From: Amoebophrya sp. A120
Taxonomy: Eukaryota > Protista > Dinoflagellata
Assembly: GCA_905178155.1 (NCBI GenBank)
Contig: CAJINV010000003.1
Coordinates: 3,317,600 to 3,381,599, forward strand
Direction of reading: 5' to 3'
DNA: 64,000 nt
Shown: positions 33,401 through 44,778 of the stretch, piece after piece
Position numbering within the stretch: position 1 is the first letter of the stretch
How the letters are laid out: each line of letters starts with the position of its first letter
The notes under the pieces: model-generated
The model's input: the letters and a program-made list of their open reading frames with translations, nothing else
Database searches by the model: none
What the model was told of the DNA's origin: nothing
Program-made: the position numbers and the translations under genes

Positions 33401-34952
33401 CGGCAATACAAGCATCAGCAAGAATGCCGATTTTGCATGACAAATTTACACTGGTGTGGAGTGCTATTTTGACTACCAGAAGTTGTCATGTTGGGAAACT
33501 AAGGGCAGGGCGTCCCTGTGTAAATAGCCTAAAACGGTAACCTCATACCCAGCAAACTCTAGCAGAAATCGACTTGGGCAAAGCGATCACTACCGAGAGA
33601 CAACAGCAAAGAGCTCCTGGGACGGCTGCAGGGTGAGCTTTTGTCGTTATCTAAGTAGGGATAACTTTGTCATGCAAACATTGCCAAGAGGCACAGCTTG
33701 AATTTGGGATTATGCATTACAAATCGAAATGAGGGGGAGGGGGAGTTGTGCACTCTCATATCCGCCCCGCGACCTTTTTTGGGGCAAGCACCCCGGGAGC
33801 GGGTTTGGCCAACCTGCCCAGCGTGTCTTCGTGAAAGGCCTCCCACGCGCCGCGGCGCAGCGCCTGGTAATACGAGCTGGTGTACAGAGCGCGGTCATCG
33901 CCAACCAGTAAGCACTGTTTGTGCTCCGACCCGGCACTGGCCCCCTTACTTCTCGGAGACCTGTTCGCATTGGTCGGAGGGAGCGGTGGTGGCGACGCTC
34001 CTGCCATCAACGTTGGCGAGGTACTTCTACCGTCGGTGCTGGCGTGCAGAAGTTGGTGCTGTTTCATTTGCTGAGGGTCCAGGGAAGTCAGGACGTGCCC
34101 GGGGCGCGCAGAGTGCAGAAACTCACTTGCGTGCGGCAACGGCGGACGCCCAGGCTGCTGTGACATCAGGGCACCATCCAGACTTAGGGACCGGACGTGC
34201 GTTGCACGAGGAGAGTTCTCGACCCGCAGAGTTGGCCGGGGGTCGGAGTCCCGCCGCCGGCGGGGCGTGCGGTCGGCGTCGTGGCCCGCCCCTGGACCGG
34301 CGCTGTTGGTCGTGCCCCCAGGCCCACTCGTTGTGGGGGCGGCGGTCGTCGGCACCAGCCAGCTTTCGGGAGCCGCCGAGCTGGATCCGCCACTGAAAAG
34401 ACCGATGTGCAGCACCTTCAGCAGGGCGTCCTCGCGATACCACCGGGCGATCTTTTTCTGCACGTCCTCGAGCGGTCGGCCCATGCCCTGGGTCGTGAGC
34501 CAGTCGTCGCGCTCACTGCATTTGGCTTCCCAGGTGCTCCGCGTTACCGCTTGCTTGGCCACGGGGTTTAGGATGTCGCCCAGGGGAAACGATTTCCCGT
34601 TGTGCTTGTTGCGGCTGAGCAGGTGAAAAACCGAGGCCAAGTCTACCAGGACGTCGGGCGTTTCTCCCGGGGGCTGCGGGCCGTTTTGGTTCGTGTTGCA
34701 CGTCAAACCTCCCAGACCTAACGAATGCATACCGGAGTCGGTCATGATGTGCATCCGTCTCCCTTCTGCAACGCGCGCATTGATGGTTGCAAGCAGCAGC
34801 AAGAAGTAGGCACCGGCGCTGACAATGATCCCGATGCGCCGCCCACACGATCCAACTTCGAAATTTTTGTGCGCTCGTTGGCTGAGGACCTTGCGCTTGC
34901 CGGTGGTACACGAGCGACTCTTTGTGGTGTAACGACATGATGGCGCGCCCAT
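30493..34952 (-). CDS. Hypothetical ~1180-aa protein with N-terminal hydrophobic segment, split by three introners
   Basis: Four ORF blocks (34952-33761, 33349-33109, 32840-31512, 31276-30493) join in frame after introner removal: VAGR-RRKILKK, LKWC-DPEMH, PQFV-AGFLEV. No canonical introns seen. Confidence 0.7.
31282..31511. mobile_element. Introner/MITE family A (230 bp)
   Basis: TSD acgaa. TIR tatgacagtgcacaacctcccctccccctcatttgt ... acaaatgagggggagggggagttgtgcactgtcata. Interior alignable to the 18118 and 41986 copies. Confidence 0.93.
32846..33108. mobile_element. Introner/MITE family B (263 bp)
   Basis: TSD tcgca. TIR tatggattgcaaaagtgtctgggtcggaa ... ttccagacccagacatttttgcagttgata. 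Confidence 0.92.
33355..33760. mobile_element. Introner/MITE family A, long variant (406 bp)
   Basis: TSD tccgc. TIR tatgacagtgcacaactccccctccccct ... agggggagggggagttgtgcactctcata. Interior differs from the other family A copies. Confidence 0.92.
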
Positions 34953-35774
34953 TGTTCTATTTTCCGAAGAACGCGGATCTCCAAGAACTCTCTCCGTGCT
35001 GCCCTAACTCCGGGGCTTGTGCGACCTCTGGGTCCACCAACGGACTTTGAAAGTCTATAAACATGTGTAAGGAAAACAGACGCAGGTTGTGTTCGGTTCG
35101 TGTTGCACAACGACGCAAAATAAGTCCAAAGCTAAACAAGACCGGAAGCGAAGGGGACGTTCCCATGGCGCCTCAAATAAACCAAAAGCAAGAAAAAAAT
35201 ATCAAGCCCGAATTGAAATGGTGCGAATGACGTCGAACGCAAATAACATGAACCAGGAGAAGGGTGCCACAAGCCCATGAAGGACGACGACCGGCAAACG
35301 GGCCAGGCACGTTCGGATCCACATCCGAAGGTACCAAATAAAAATGGTGTCAATGTATCGTAGAAGACAACTCTTTGGTACAAATTGTATACGGGCTACT
35401 TCTTAAGTTTTTCTTACGCTTGAATCAGATCTCTCGAAGGAGATCGTAATTCAGATGCCGACAACGTTGGAATCGAATCGATTCCTTCTTTGTACAATTA
35501 TTGGATGTCGAAGATGCAGCATCAAATATCGTACACATACAACTTTTCCAAACAAACGCACCAAATACATACTGATTCATTGATACCATCATAAACTAAT
35601 TTTGACATAGTCTCAATTTTAGGTACAAGATTCTTCAACTTCCGGTTGTAGAACTTCCAATAGCAATTGCAATACATTTCCTGCTCAATAATGGTAAATA
35701 TATAAGTACAACTTTCTTGTTCGTAGTCACTGTCACGCTAGAGCGTGGTCCTTTGATCATTTCGGCGTGGTCTT

Positions 35775-37331
35775 CTACCATCGAAACCCAGCTGCGCCGT
35801 TGTTTTCGCCGTGGTCTGCAGGGAAGAGGAGGTGGAGAAAGGAGTATGCTGCCAGCAAGGAGAGAAGCAGGACGCTGCCATTTTGCATTGCAAATCCACT
35901 TCTTGGCACGGAGTCGTTGCACATCACGTCACAGCCTTGTCCTTCGTCGAGCTGTGCTTTTTCGCCGAGGCAGTAGTATCACACAGAAAAAAGCTGGCAG
36001 GGCATATTTGTAATGCAAAAATAAACACACACAACAATTCGTCATGGGTGGCCCCATAGCATGCTGTTTCCGCTATGCAATACAGGTTTTTTCGTGTATT
36101 TATTTTTGCATTACAAATGCGCCCTGCCAGCTTTTTTCTGTGTGATAAGTAGTCCCGCCATTGAACCTCGTGGCACGTCGTGAAGGAGTCTTTTGCGCAA
36201 TAGGCCTTGCCTGTTTTTTTTTCGGAGTTGTAGAGATACACGTATACGAACGTATTTAGTTGCTGGTGTCAACATCCCCTGCTCTGACAAAATGGAAACG
36301 GAAATACCGTGTCGGCATTCAGTAGAAATACAACTAGGATTAAGACTCTTATCCAAAACAAGGAAAATATCAGTACATTTCAATGCGTCGCATTTCTTGA
36401 GGATCTCTGTGATGCCCATCTGCACCGCAGCAATGAGGCGTACGCGATAGTCGGCGGCCGCTCGCTGAAGCCGCCATCTGCCTTTGCCGTACATCGCGCA
36501 GCCGTAAATGCACTCGTAAAATTCGCGGCAATCGTACAGCAAGGGGTGGTTCCACATGGCATCGGTCTCCGCTTGGCGCTGGCAAAACTCATCGAACTGG
36601 AACCTGATATAGATGTGATGTAGATGCTTCGCTTTCAATTCTGGTGTCTTTATTTGTGTGTCGTGTGTGGAGGCACCTTCAGCTTTATCTTGCTATTCCT
36701 GTTCTTGTTTTTGACAGGAATAGGTAGAGGTCGTACTATCATTGACCACGACGAGTTCGCCTTCGCGATAAATTTAAATAATCGTCCGCGGGTTCTTAAA
36801 CTATCAGGGAGATTGATTCCCAATAAGAAAGTCACTTATAATGTTTTGTAGATGTACTACTGGAGATACTATATACCACTGTGGCGCTATCTGCTGGTTG
36901 ATGTTGTTGCAGCTGGTAAAGCACATGCGCTCGTGGTCTCCGCCTTCCGCAGCGCCATCGCAGTAGTAAACGCGTTCGAGCTCTCGGAGCTGGTTGTCCA
37001 AGTTTGGGCTGACTGCGGTGATGGGCGTCTTGAAATCGAATTGCGTATACGGGGAGACCATTGCATGATTTGCAGGCGACGAGGACTGCTCTGCAGCTCC
37101 ATCCGAATGCTCTACCTCCTCACTTTCGGTTTGCTTGGCGTAGGCGTTTACGGTGTTATGGGCTACATTGTCGACTCTCCCTTCGAGGGGTTTTGTCAAA
37201 GAAGGAGCCGCAGTAAGCGCTTCAACATGCACCTGTTCATCGTGCGGCTGTCCTTTTGCGCAGGGAAGAAGGAAGTAAGGCACGATGGGTGGGAAACAGG
37301 TCGTGGCAACGAGCCGTCGCATCTTCATCAT
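35775..37331 (-). CDS. Cys-rich putative secreted/GPI-anchored surface protein, paralog A
   Basis: Exons 37331-36877, 36603-36377, 36210-36148, 35971-35775 (two GT-AG introns and one introner). Signal-like N-terminus; CFTSCN..PQWFQFDEFC..DCREFYECIYGC..KCDALKCKAYCAK..CHEVQWRDYCLG..GCDVMCN; hydrophobic tail. Confidence 0.75.
35977..36147. mobile_element. Introner/MITE (171 bp) with ~50-bp near-perfect TIR
   Basis: TSD agtag. Left end tatcacacagaaaaaagctggcagggcatatttgtaatgcaaaaataaa is mirrored at the right end. Removal gives QWRDY-CLGEK. Confidence 0.94.
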
Positions 37332-38423
37332 ACTCGTTCTTCACAGGACGAGTTGGCAATCAATCAGCATACATCATCTTCGTCCACCGGCAACAGGTTC
37401 TCGTGCCTCCTTTCCGTGCGCTGCATTGATGACTTCAAGAACCGTAGTAATGACGCTGCGGTTTTAGAGTCGTGGTCGGACGGGAAATGACATGCAAGAG
37501 GCCGTTCTTCCCCTTCCGAAAGACTAACCCTTCCGATAATTATGCGCATGCACGACAAAAATGAAAATCACACATTAAGCGCATGCTGCATTCTACAGTA
37601 CAAACTATTTTTACCCTGATCAACAACAGCACCTCACGAAAAAACTTTTACTGCTATCACACACGGAACGACCAGGACGAAGAACCCTGGCGATTACATC
37701 ATTTTCGGCTTGGCGGAAGTAGCTATGGTATTGATAATCATAATCTTCTTACATCGGGTTTGATATAGTAGGTCTAGGTGTGGCAGATCCGCACGAATGT
37801 TACAGCATCCAACCAGGACCTAGTATCAACGACGAGACGGAGAAGATCAGACGGGCACTCTTGCTGCGCCGGTGATAGTAACGATCACGACCACGACCCT
37901 GAAATAAGAACGATGATGTGGAAATAATGGTTCGATGACGATTGGGCGTCTTCTTTCATTTCCTAGTACTTATCTATTGTGTTGCCTACTTACGAAGCTG
38001 CAAGTCGAAAAGAAGTACTTAGCCTTAACACGACATGCACTGAAAAGCCTAGGCGTGAAACGGTGCGTGTCCCAACAAACTACACTGACGAGATCCAACG
38101 ATTTTCAATTCATTCGCATCACTTTGCGTGTTGTGCTGCAATGTTCATACATTATCATCTCATCAACATGTTCATACAGTTATACTCCAAAAGTTTGAGA
38201 GAAGCTCAACCTTGATTTGTTTCAATTTTTTTACAAAGAACGGACGCAAGACTTATGGTACATACGAGTACAATGTGGATTTGAAGTTCTCTAGGTACAG
38301 CCGTTTTCCGTCTTTTGTTGACGGAGGCGAGGTGCTATTTGTCCTTCCCTTTACCAAAAAATCCACTTCAATCTTCCCGGAAAGACAATGTCAATAATTA
38401 CTCCAGCATCGCCGTCGCCGCGT

Positions 38424-39819
38424 TCAGTACAGAAAGAGCGTGAGGCACGTCATGAAGACCGCGACCGCCATGGCGACGGAACTAACTGTCTTGCTAGCAA
38501 TCGCGGAGTTGCAGTCCACTTCGCACTGGCCGCCAAACTTGAGATATCCGGGTCGATTCTTCAGGCCGATGCACTCGTGGTAGAATTGCTGCTCGCGGCA
38601 TCCGGCAAAGATTTTTCGCGCGCAGTAGCTTCGGCACTTCATCGCGTCACACCGCTCATTCTCCCGCAGAAAGGAAATCTGCGCCTTCGAGATCATCTCT
38701 CGCCGCCGCCATTTCCTGTTTTGCAGATAAGACGCAGGTCCATTTGAATTTGTCTTTTTTCATCACAAAAACCCCGACAATCATCAACAGTGATAGTGAT
38801 CCATGTAAGTAGTACTTAGATCTATTCAAAGGAACTACATTTCTTGATGAAAGCATGAACAGAAGTGATACTCCGCATCGAGCATCTTATCGCCATCACC
38901 CCCGTGGACCTCGCACCCAAAGACGCATCCGTAGAAGTCGGGGCACTGAGAGAACCACAGCGAATCCTCGGCGTACTGAATGCAGGCTTGCTCCCACCGA
39001 TACCACTGTGGGACGGCGATTTCTCCAATGACGTTGCACGAGTCCAGACAAAATTTCCGGTACAACGAAGGAAATCGCATATCGACACACATGCTGTTTT
39101 TGTTTTTGTATGATCAAAACATTGAAATAAAATCTAAGGCTCGCACGACGGACTACTTACAGTACTCCTACTTCTTAGATGAATCAACCACACGTTTTCG
39201 TTTTCTTACGATGTAAAAAAATGTGCACTTCTCAAAAACAAAAGCCGCTTAGTATCAAAAAAAAAAACCTCTGGTATCCCAAATTGATCATATCGCGGTT
39301 AAAAACATCCATCGTCGTCGTGGCAGTGACGGTGCTGAACTGCAGCTCTCGGGGCGTGTCAACTCCATGCGCCACTTGGGAGGTCTCTGTGATTGTTGTA
39401 CCCGCGTCGAAAATGTTGTCCGCCTGGTGTTTATTTCCGGGCGTGGCGGCGAGGGGAGCCTTTTCTTCTCCTTTCGGAACTAGAACTTCGTGAAGCACCA
39501 GGTTCGTCCGGGTAGTACTCCGGTCCGCCTGCAGACTTGTTGTGCTAGCCGAAAGCCCGGCGGCGCTACTATACAGGAGCTCTCGTTCTTCGTCTTGATG
39601 TTGTAAATGCAGGGGGTAGAGGTCCGATGAGGTGGAAGCTGTCAACGGAATACGAGCGACGTCTTCACCCTCTCCTGCTGCGTGCGCGACAGGAGCGAGG
39701 CACATGACCATAATATGGAGCTGCACGGCCGCGTAGCTGAGAAAGAGGAGTGCGGAGCGATGATGGAAAACCACACTGCTGCTGAGACGAGTCATGGCGA
39801 AGACAGTGGTCCACCTCAT
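38424..39819 (-). CDS. Cys-rich putative secreted/GPI-anchored surface protein, paralog B
   Basis: Exons 39819-39269, 39093-38872, 38715-38424 (GT-AG). CLDSCN..PQWYRWEQAC..QCPDFYGCVFGC..RCDAMKCRSYCAR..CREQQFYHECIG..QCEVDCNSA plus hydrophobic C-terminus. Confidence 0.75.
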
Positions 39820-40842
39820 CAAGCCTACCGCTGCGGTGCGTCTCAAGCTCCTGTCGTTTTATTCTGGAATGCTCTCTACTACACGGACGTGAAAACTGTT
39901 CAGACGGGAAACGACAAAGCAACTTCGTGGTGTCGGCCACATCCTGCACGACCGTTGACTCCTTTGGTGGACGGTTTCTGGGTGCAACAGAAGATGACCA
40001 GCAATGATGACTTGGACTTCGACTTATCTTTATTATTTTTCCCCGGTTGCGATGTGCCATAGCAATACAATGTGGTCAAAAAAAAACGATCTTGACACAC
40101 AAAATGATATAGATTCAAACACGTTCGTTAATCGCACACTTTGCCGGTGGGCATAGATACTTACCAAATTAAGTTTTACCAAATGCCAAGACTACACTTT
40201 TCCTCATACAACAAGCACGATGCTTTATTAGATACTCCCAAAACGACCGATAATTGTTGTGCTACGTGCGAGATCGAAGGGGAGGACCACAATCACGATT
40301 GCAGAGAAACGAAATCCACCCACGAGTACGAAAAGGCGCGACGATGACCGAGGACAATTCACGAAGCCGAAGGGGATGAGCTTTTGCTTTTCGAGATCAT
40401 ATCGTTAGGTTGTTTGCGTTTCTTCAACATAAATATTTGCATTTCTGTTTTCTTGCACTTGGGAATGCGACTGAAATGTGCCGGCATTGATCACATGAAC
40501 CGATTTGTCAACAATCATGGTACTCTGCATTTCTTTACTTCAACGAGAGCGATATCCATGGTTAATCTTCGGGGTGCACTGAATTGGAGTGTGCGCGGCG
40601 GAATTTGGGTTAATCCTACAGCAAAGAAGAGTTTCTTTCACAAGGGCGAGACATTGCATGCATTCTTGACTCGATCTCAATCGGAAAAAGAAGAATTTGA
40701 CTTCATGTAAAGAAGAATTTGAATTTCAACAGTTGCGCAGGGGAAAGGCGTGCTGACCACTTTGAAGATTCGACGCTAGAGACGCATGAACAAGGGCGTC
40801 CGCATGCATGGGCGCACCGGCAGCACGCATGGGCGTCTACAA

Positions 40843-43329
40843 CTATGTCGGTGGTGGGTCTAAAACCTTGAGCGCTTGCAAGACCATGACTACAGCGCCA
40901 ACACCGTTCAAGGCGCCCATCAGCAACAGAACCACCACGGGCCAGCGGAAGTCCCCCGCGAAAAAGGCGGGCTGGTATTCAAGAAAAAAAGATTGTAGGT
41001 GTAACTTTCTTGGAGGATTAGCATGACAAATATCTCTCGCATGACAGCAAAGCCCTGTTATGGGCAGATAGTATGCGAAAACGCCCTTGAATGGATCCTA
41101 CAATGCAGGCGCAGCATGAAAGGCGCAATCAATTTGCATGTAGTTGCGCATCACATTCACAAATTTACAATAACAACTTCGTTTTTTTCTTGGATAGCAG
41201 GAGAAACATCATCAGTGTTCCGATCGCCGCGGACGTGAGTCCTATCACCTGGGAGGGGTTTTTTACCAAACAGGCCACTGTGGCCGCGGCTACCGTGTAC
41301 AAAATCGCGGATAGTAAGCGGGCCACCGCGAAGTCATGCAGTTTCTTGCGGGGGCGCTCAATGAAGCTCTGCACGCGCTCCAGGCTGGCAACATCGTCTT
41401 CGTTCCCGCGGCTTCCATTACCACCTCGGTCGCGTATCCTGTCGCCCACTGCCAAAAAGGCTCGAAGCGTCGGGTTCAAATTGATCGGAAGCGCAAACTG
41501 TGCGGTATAGTTTTATCAATTGACGACCACCGTGCTGCTACAACTACACTAAATCTGATTTTGACAATGACCGAGTGACACAAAAATCCTCGCGGACGCG
41601 ACCAAGCTGAGAACAACTATACTCATGCAATATAAAAAATGAAGTCTGAGTAAAGCAAACTGCTACAACTGTTTTAGTACTCAAATTTGTCAAGAAAACT
41701 GCTAGAAAACGACCTGTTTCTGTCATTTGTACCAAGAGAGTGACCGCCAATGCGAAGCGGCTGATTATTGCTGCTGGATCGTCAGAGTCATAATTCTTCA
41801 GAATGTCTGACGCCGTCCCTTCGCCAAAGCTGAGGTAGCCGCACACGGCAATGCCGAGGTAGAAAAATATCTGCACGAACGTGGCGGTGTAGGTCACCTT
41901 CGTGATCCGCTGGGAGGTTGGCACTTCCATCTCGGCGGCAACCGGACACACGTTCAGGTGACAGTTGTACGCGAAAACGAAGTTCTATGACAAAGCACCA
42001 CAACTACCCCGCCCCCTCATTTGTAATATTGCATGAACAGCAATACAAACACCAGCACACGTGGAGCCTATGCATGAGAAACTTATGTCCCTATTGTAGT
42101 ACTGTTTGGGCTTCCGGAATTGGTCATGCAAACAGTGCTACACGGCAGCGACTGGATTATGGGGTTGGCATGACAAATGAGGGAGAGGGCCAGTTGTGCA
42201 CTTTCATAAGTTCCCCAGAGCGATGAAAAAGTTCCAATCCAGCCGTACTACGAGGAGCTCATCTTGCAGTTTATTTTTTCATCAGACGACATTTGATTTA
42301 TGTTTTCTTCAGCAGCAAACCAGCATGAGTACGCCATCATCCGTAGTACGTACTAAGCGATGTTGACGCGGAAGTTCATTTCGACAGAACGTATACCGTT
42401 ACAAGGAAGCGCAAAGACAATTTATGTATCGAGACAACAGGTTCTTGGTCTTGCACCAAGTTACAACTGATGGAGCCTACCAGTACTACACACCAAGTGC
42501 TGAAAGGTCTTCAGAAGTTGTACCAAGTATTTGCTGCGTCACTTGTCCCGGTGTGCGTGCTATGATAAGCGCGGAGGTGTAGGCCAGACTCACGGCGCCG
42601 ATTACGCTGCAGTACTTTAGCGCGCTCAGGTTTTTTGGCACGGACAGTGGAATGACAAAAACGAGGATGCCGTAGATAATTACGGCTCGGTCGTGCAGCG
42701 CGGGTATGGTGGGCAGGAAGATTCCGGCGAGTGAGGACATGAAGTCGCCGACAAAGTTGAAATAGGCTACCTGTACGCCGAAGCCGTAAATGGCGAGCAA
42801 GCAGTCGAAGGCCCCACCGCATCCGGCGATTTTCTTCCCGACCAACTCCCCGTACTCCATGCTCCCCGTTTCTGCGGTCTTGAGCATTAGCACCTTGACA
42901 ATAAATGCGGACATCATCAGAATGCATAGCCCTACTCACTGTTTAATACATAGTAGGCACTACACGGTGTATCTGCAGATGCAGGGGTGGCACTACGATG
43001 AATAAAGTCAAAGGAAGTAAGTACTTAACACTAAGACTGTTCAATTATACCTGTATACTGTAGGCGGCAGCGAGCCCGCCAAGTATCAGCAGGAAGGCTC
43101 CAAGGCCCATGCCGGTAAGGCGCATGGCGTAGGGTAGCGTCAGCAACCCACCACCGATCGCTGTGGAGGTGAGCGCCAACACGGACTGCCGTACACCTCC
43201 GGAACGCAGCGGTCGCCCAAAATTGTGTCGGAAGAAATTCGGTCTACGCACCTCCGAATAGGCGAATCCTTGCGCTGCGACAATCGGAGAGACGTCTTCC
43301 ATTTGTGTTGCTGCGGCGGTGGTCGTCAT
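40843..43329 (-). CDS. Amino acid/auxin permease (AAAP, SLC38-like) transporter
   Basis: STAIGGGLLTLPYA, YFNFVGDF, IPLSVPKNLSALKYCS, FVFAYNCHLNVCP, GYLSFG, ILKNY, MFLLPAFF. Three GT-AG introns and two introners. Confidence 0.9.
40976..41196. mobile_element. Introner/MITE (221 bp) in AAAP gene
   Basis: Imperfect TSD gctgg/gcagg. TIR tattcaagaaaaaaa ... tttttttcttggata. Removal gives LMMFLL-PAFFAG. Confidence 0.85.
41986..42208. mobile_element. Introner/MITE family A (223 bp) in AAAP gene
   Basis: TSD agttc; family A TIR and interior. Removal gives IALGN-FVFAYNCH. Confidence 0.93.
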
Positions 43330-44778
43330 GGTTTTGGTCTTGCAGTGAACAAGTTGCTTTTTGTGGTATAAATCTCAATTTCAATCTTTGAAATCAGTCG
43401 ACTGGTCGTGGTGGAAGGACGATCCGCTTGAAGGTTACGATTTGTCGTGCGGTAGGTTGTCCAGCAGTCCAACAGCCTCACCGACGATCCAATGTCTAAG
43501 TGGAAGTGGATTTATTTTTTCGCGTTATAATACTGCGCCGCAGTGCCAGTGGTCGGACACGGTCTTACATAGGTCTCCAGAGGTGGACGAGAAGGCCGTG
43601 GAAGACGAGGAGCAGGACGGCACAAAAGTGAAAGGAGCGGGCAATGTTGACGCAAGAACAGATACTGGAAGTGACGATACGAGGGTCATGATCTTGTGAA
43701 TTGCGAACAACAAAAAACCAAATGAGCCTGTGTTCAGCAACAACGCAACGGGCACGACTGTTCTTTATCTTCGGATTAAGATTATACTCAAAATAACAAA
43801 CTAGTACCTGAGGAACGCAGGAAGGAGGATGATCGAGCAATCAACGGAGTTAACAAGAAAGATCGGCTCCACGTTCCATATCGTTCAAGGGGCTGCATGC
43901 ACTTGCACATGACACCACATCCATAAGTAGAAGCGTAATATTGAGAATGCTACTTGTCCAACAATGTCGACAATCGATTAATATGTTGAAATTGTTCATG
44001 GGTAGTACGGGGGCTCACGAACATGCAGATGCATTTTGTGCCACACAAAACTGTGGAATCTGACGACAAGACGCCAACTTATCTTACCGCGGATGCGCAA
44101 CTTCGGTGAGAACCCAAGGGAACACTCCGATGAAAATTCAGACTTTCTTCCAACATCCCCAAAGGGATTGAGTCCTTCGATACAACACGATCATTTTCTT
44201 AGAACCCTGCTGGTAGTATCGAGCTGATGATCTTTTCATGGAATTCTTGTCATCATTTCGAAAACTTGATGGGGCTTGTTGTCCTTGTGTTTCTACAAAC
44301 TCATACATCGATGAGATGTGATGAAAATCTCAAATTTGACGCCCAATAAAATACAGAAAAAAATCAAATGTATGCGTCGCGGCATCTTCAAAATCAAATT
44401 CAAAACAAAACTAAAATGGGCCACCATCACCATCGATCATCAATTTACTTTTCGCAGCAATTGCTCCTGTGTTCATTCCTTGTCCTTGTCGCGATATTAA
44501 AGCAGAAGAAGAATAAAAGGCGTTGATACGGAAAAGAAAAAAAAGCAGGTCACGGTCCATGTACAAAAATCTAGGCCTCTAGTCATGCCACGATTTGAAA
44601 TCGGATTGGCGCGGCATTAAAACATGAAGTTTGGGAGGAGGCTCGTCATCTTCTAGACCCACTATTGTTCGCACTGAGGTATGCAAGAAAAGGGCTCTGT
44701 ACGTTATTCATTTGAATAAGCTTGATAAGGGCGGCTGCACAGAGTAAACAGCGAACTGAGTCCGTAGGTTGCGGTACG

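Noticed and set aside
38716-38871. GAG|TATC junction considered as an introner start
   Set aside because: No matching ATA plus direct repeat; a phase-compatible GT-AG intron explains it.
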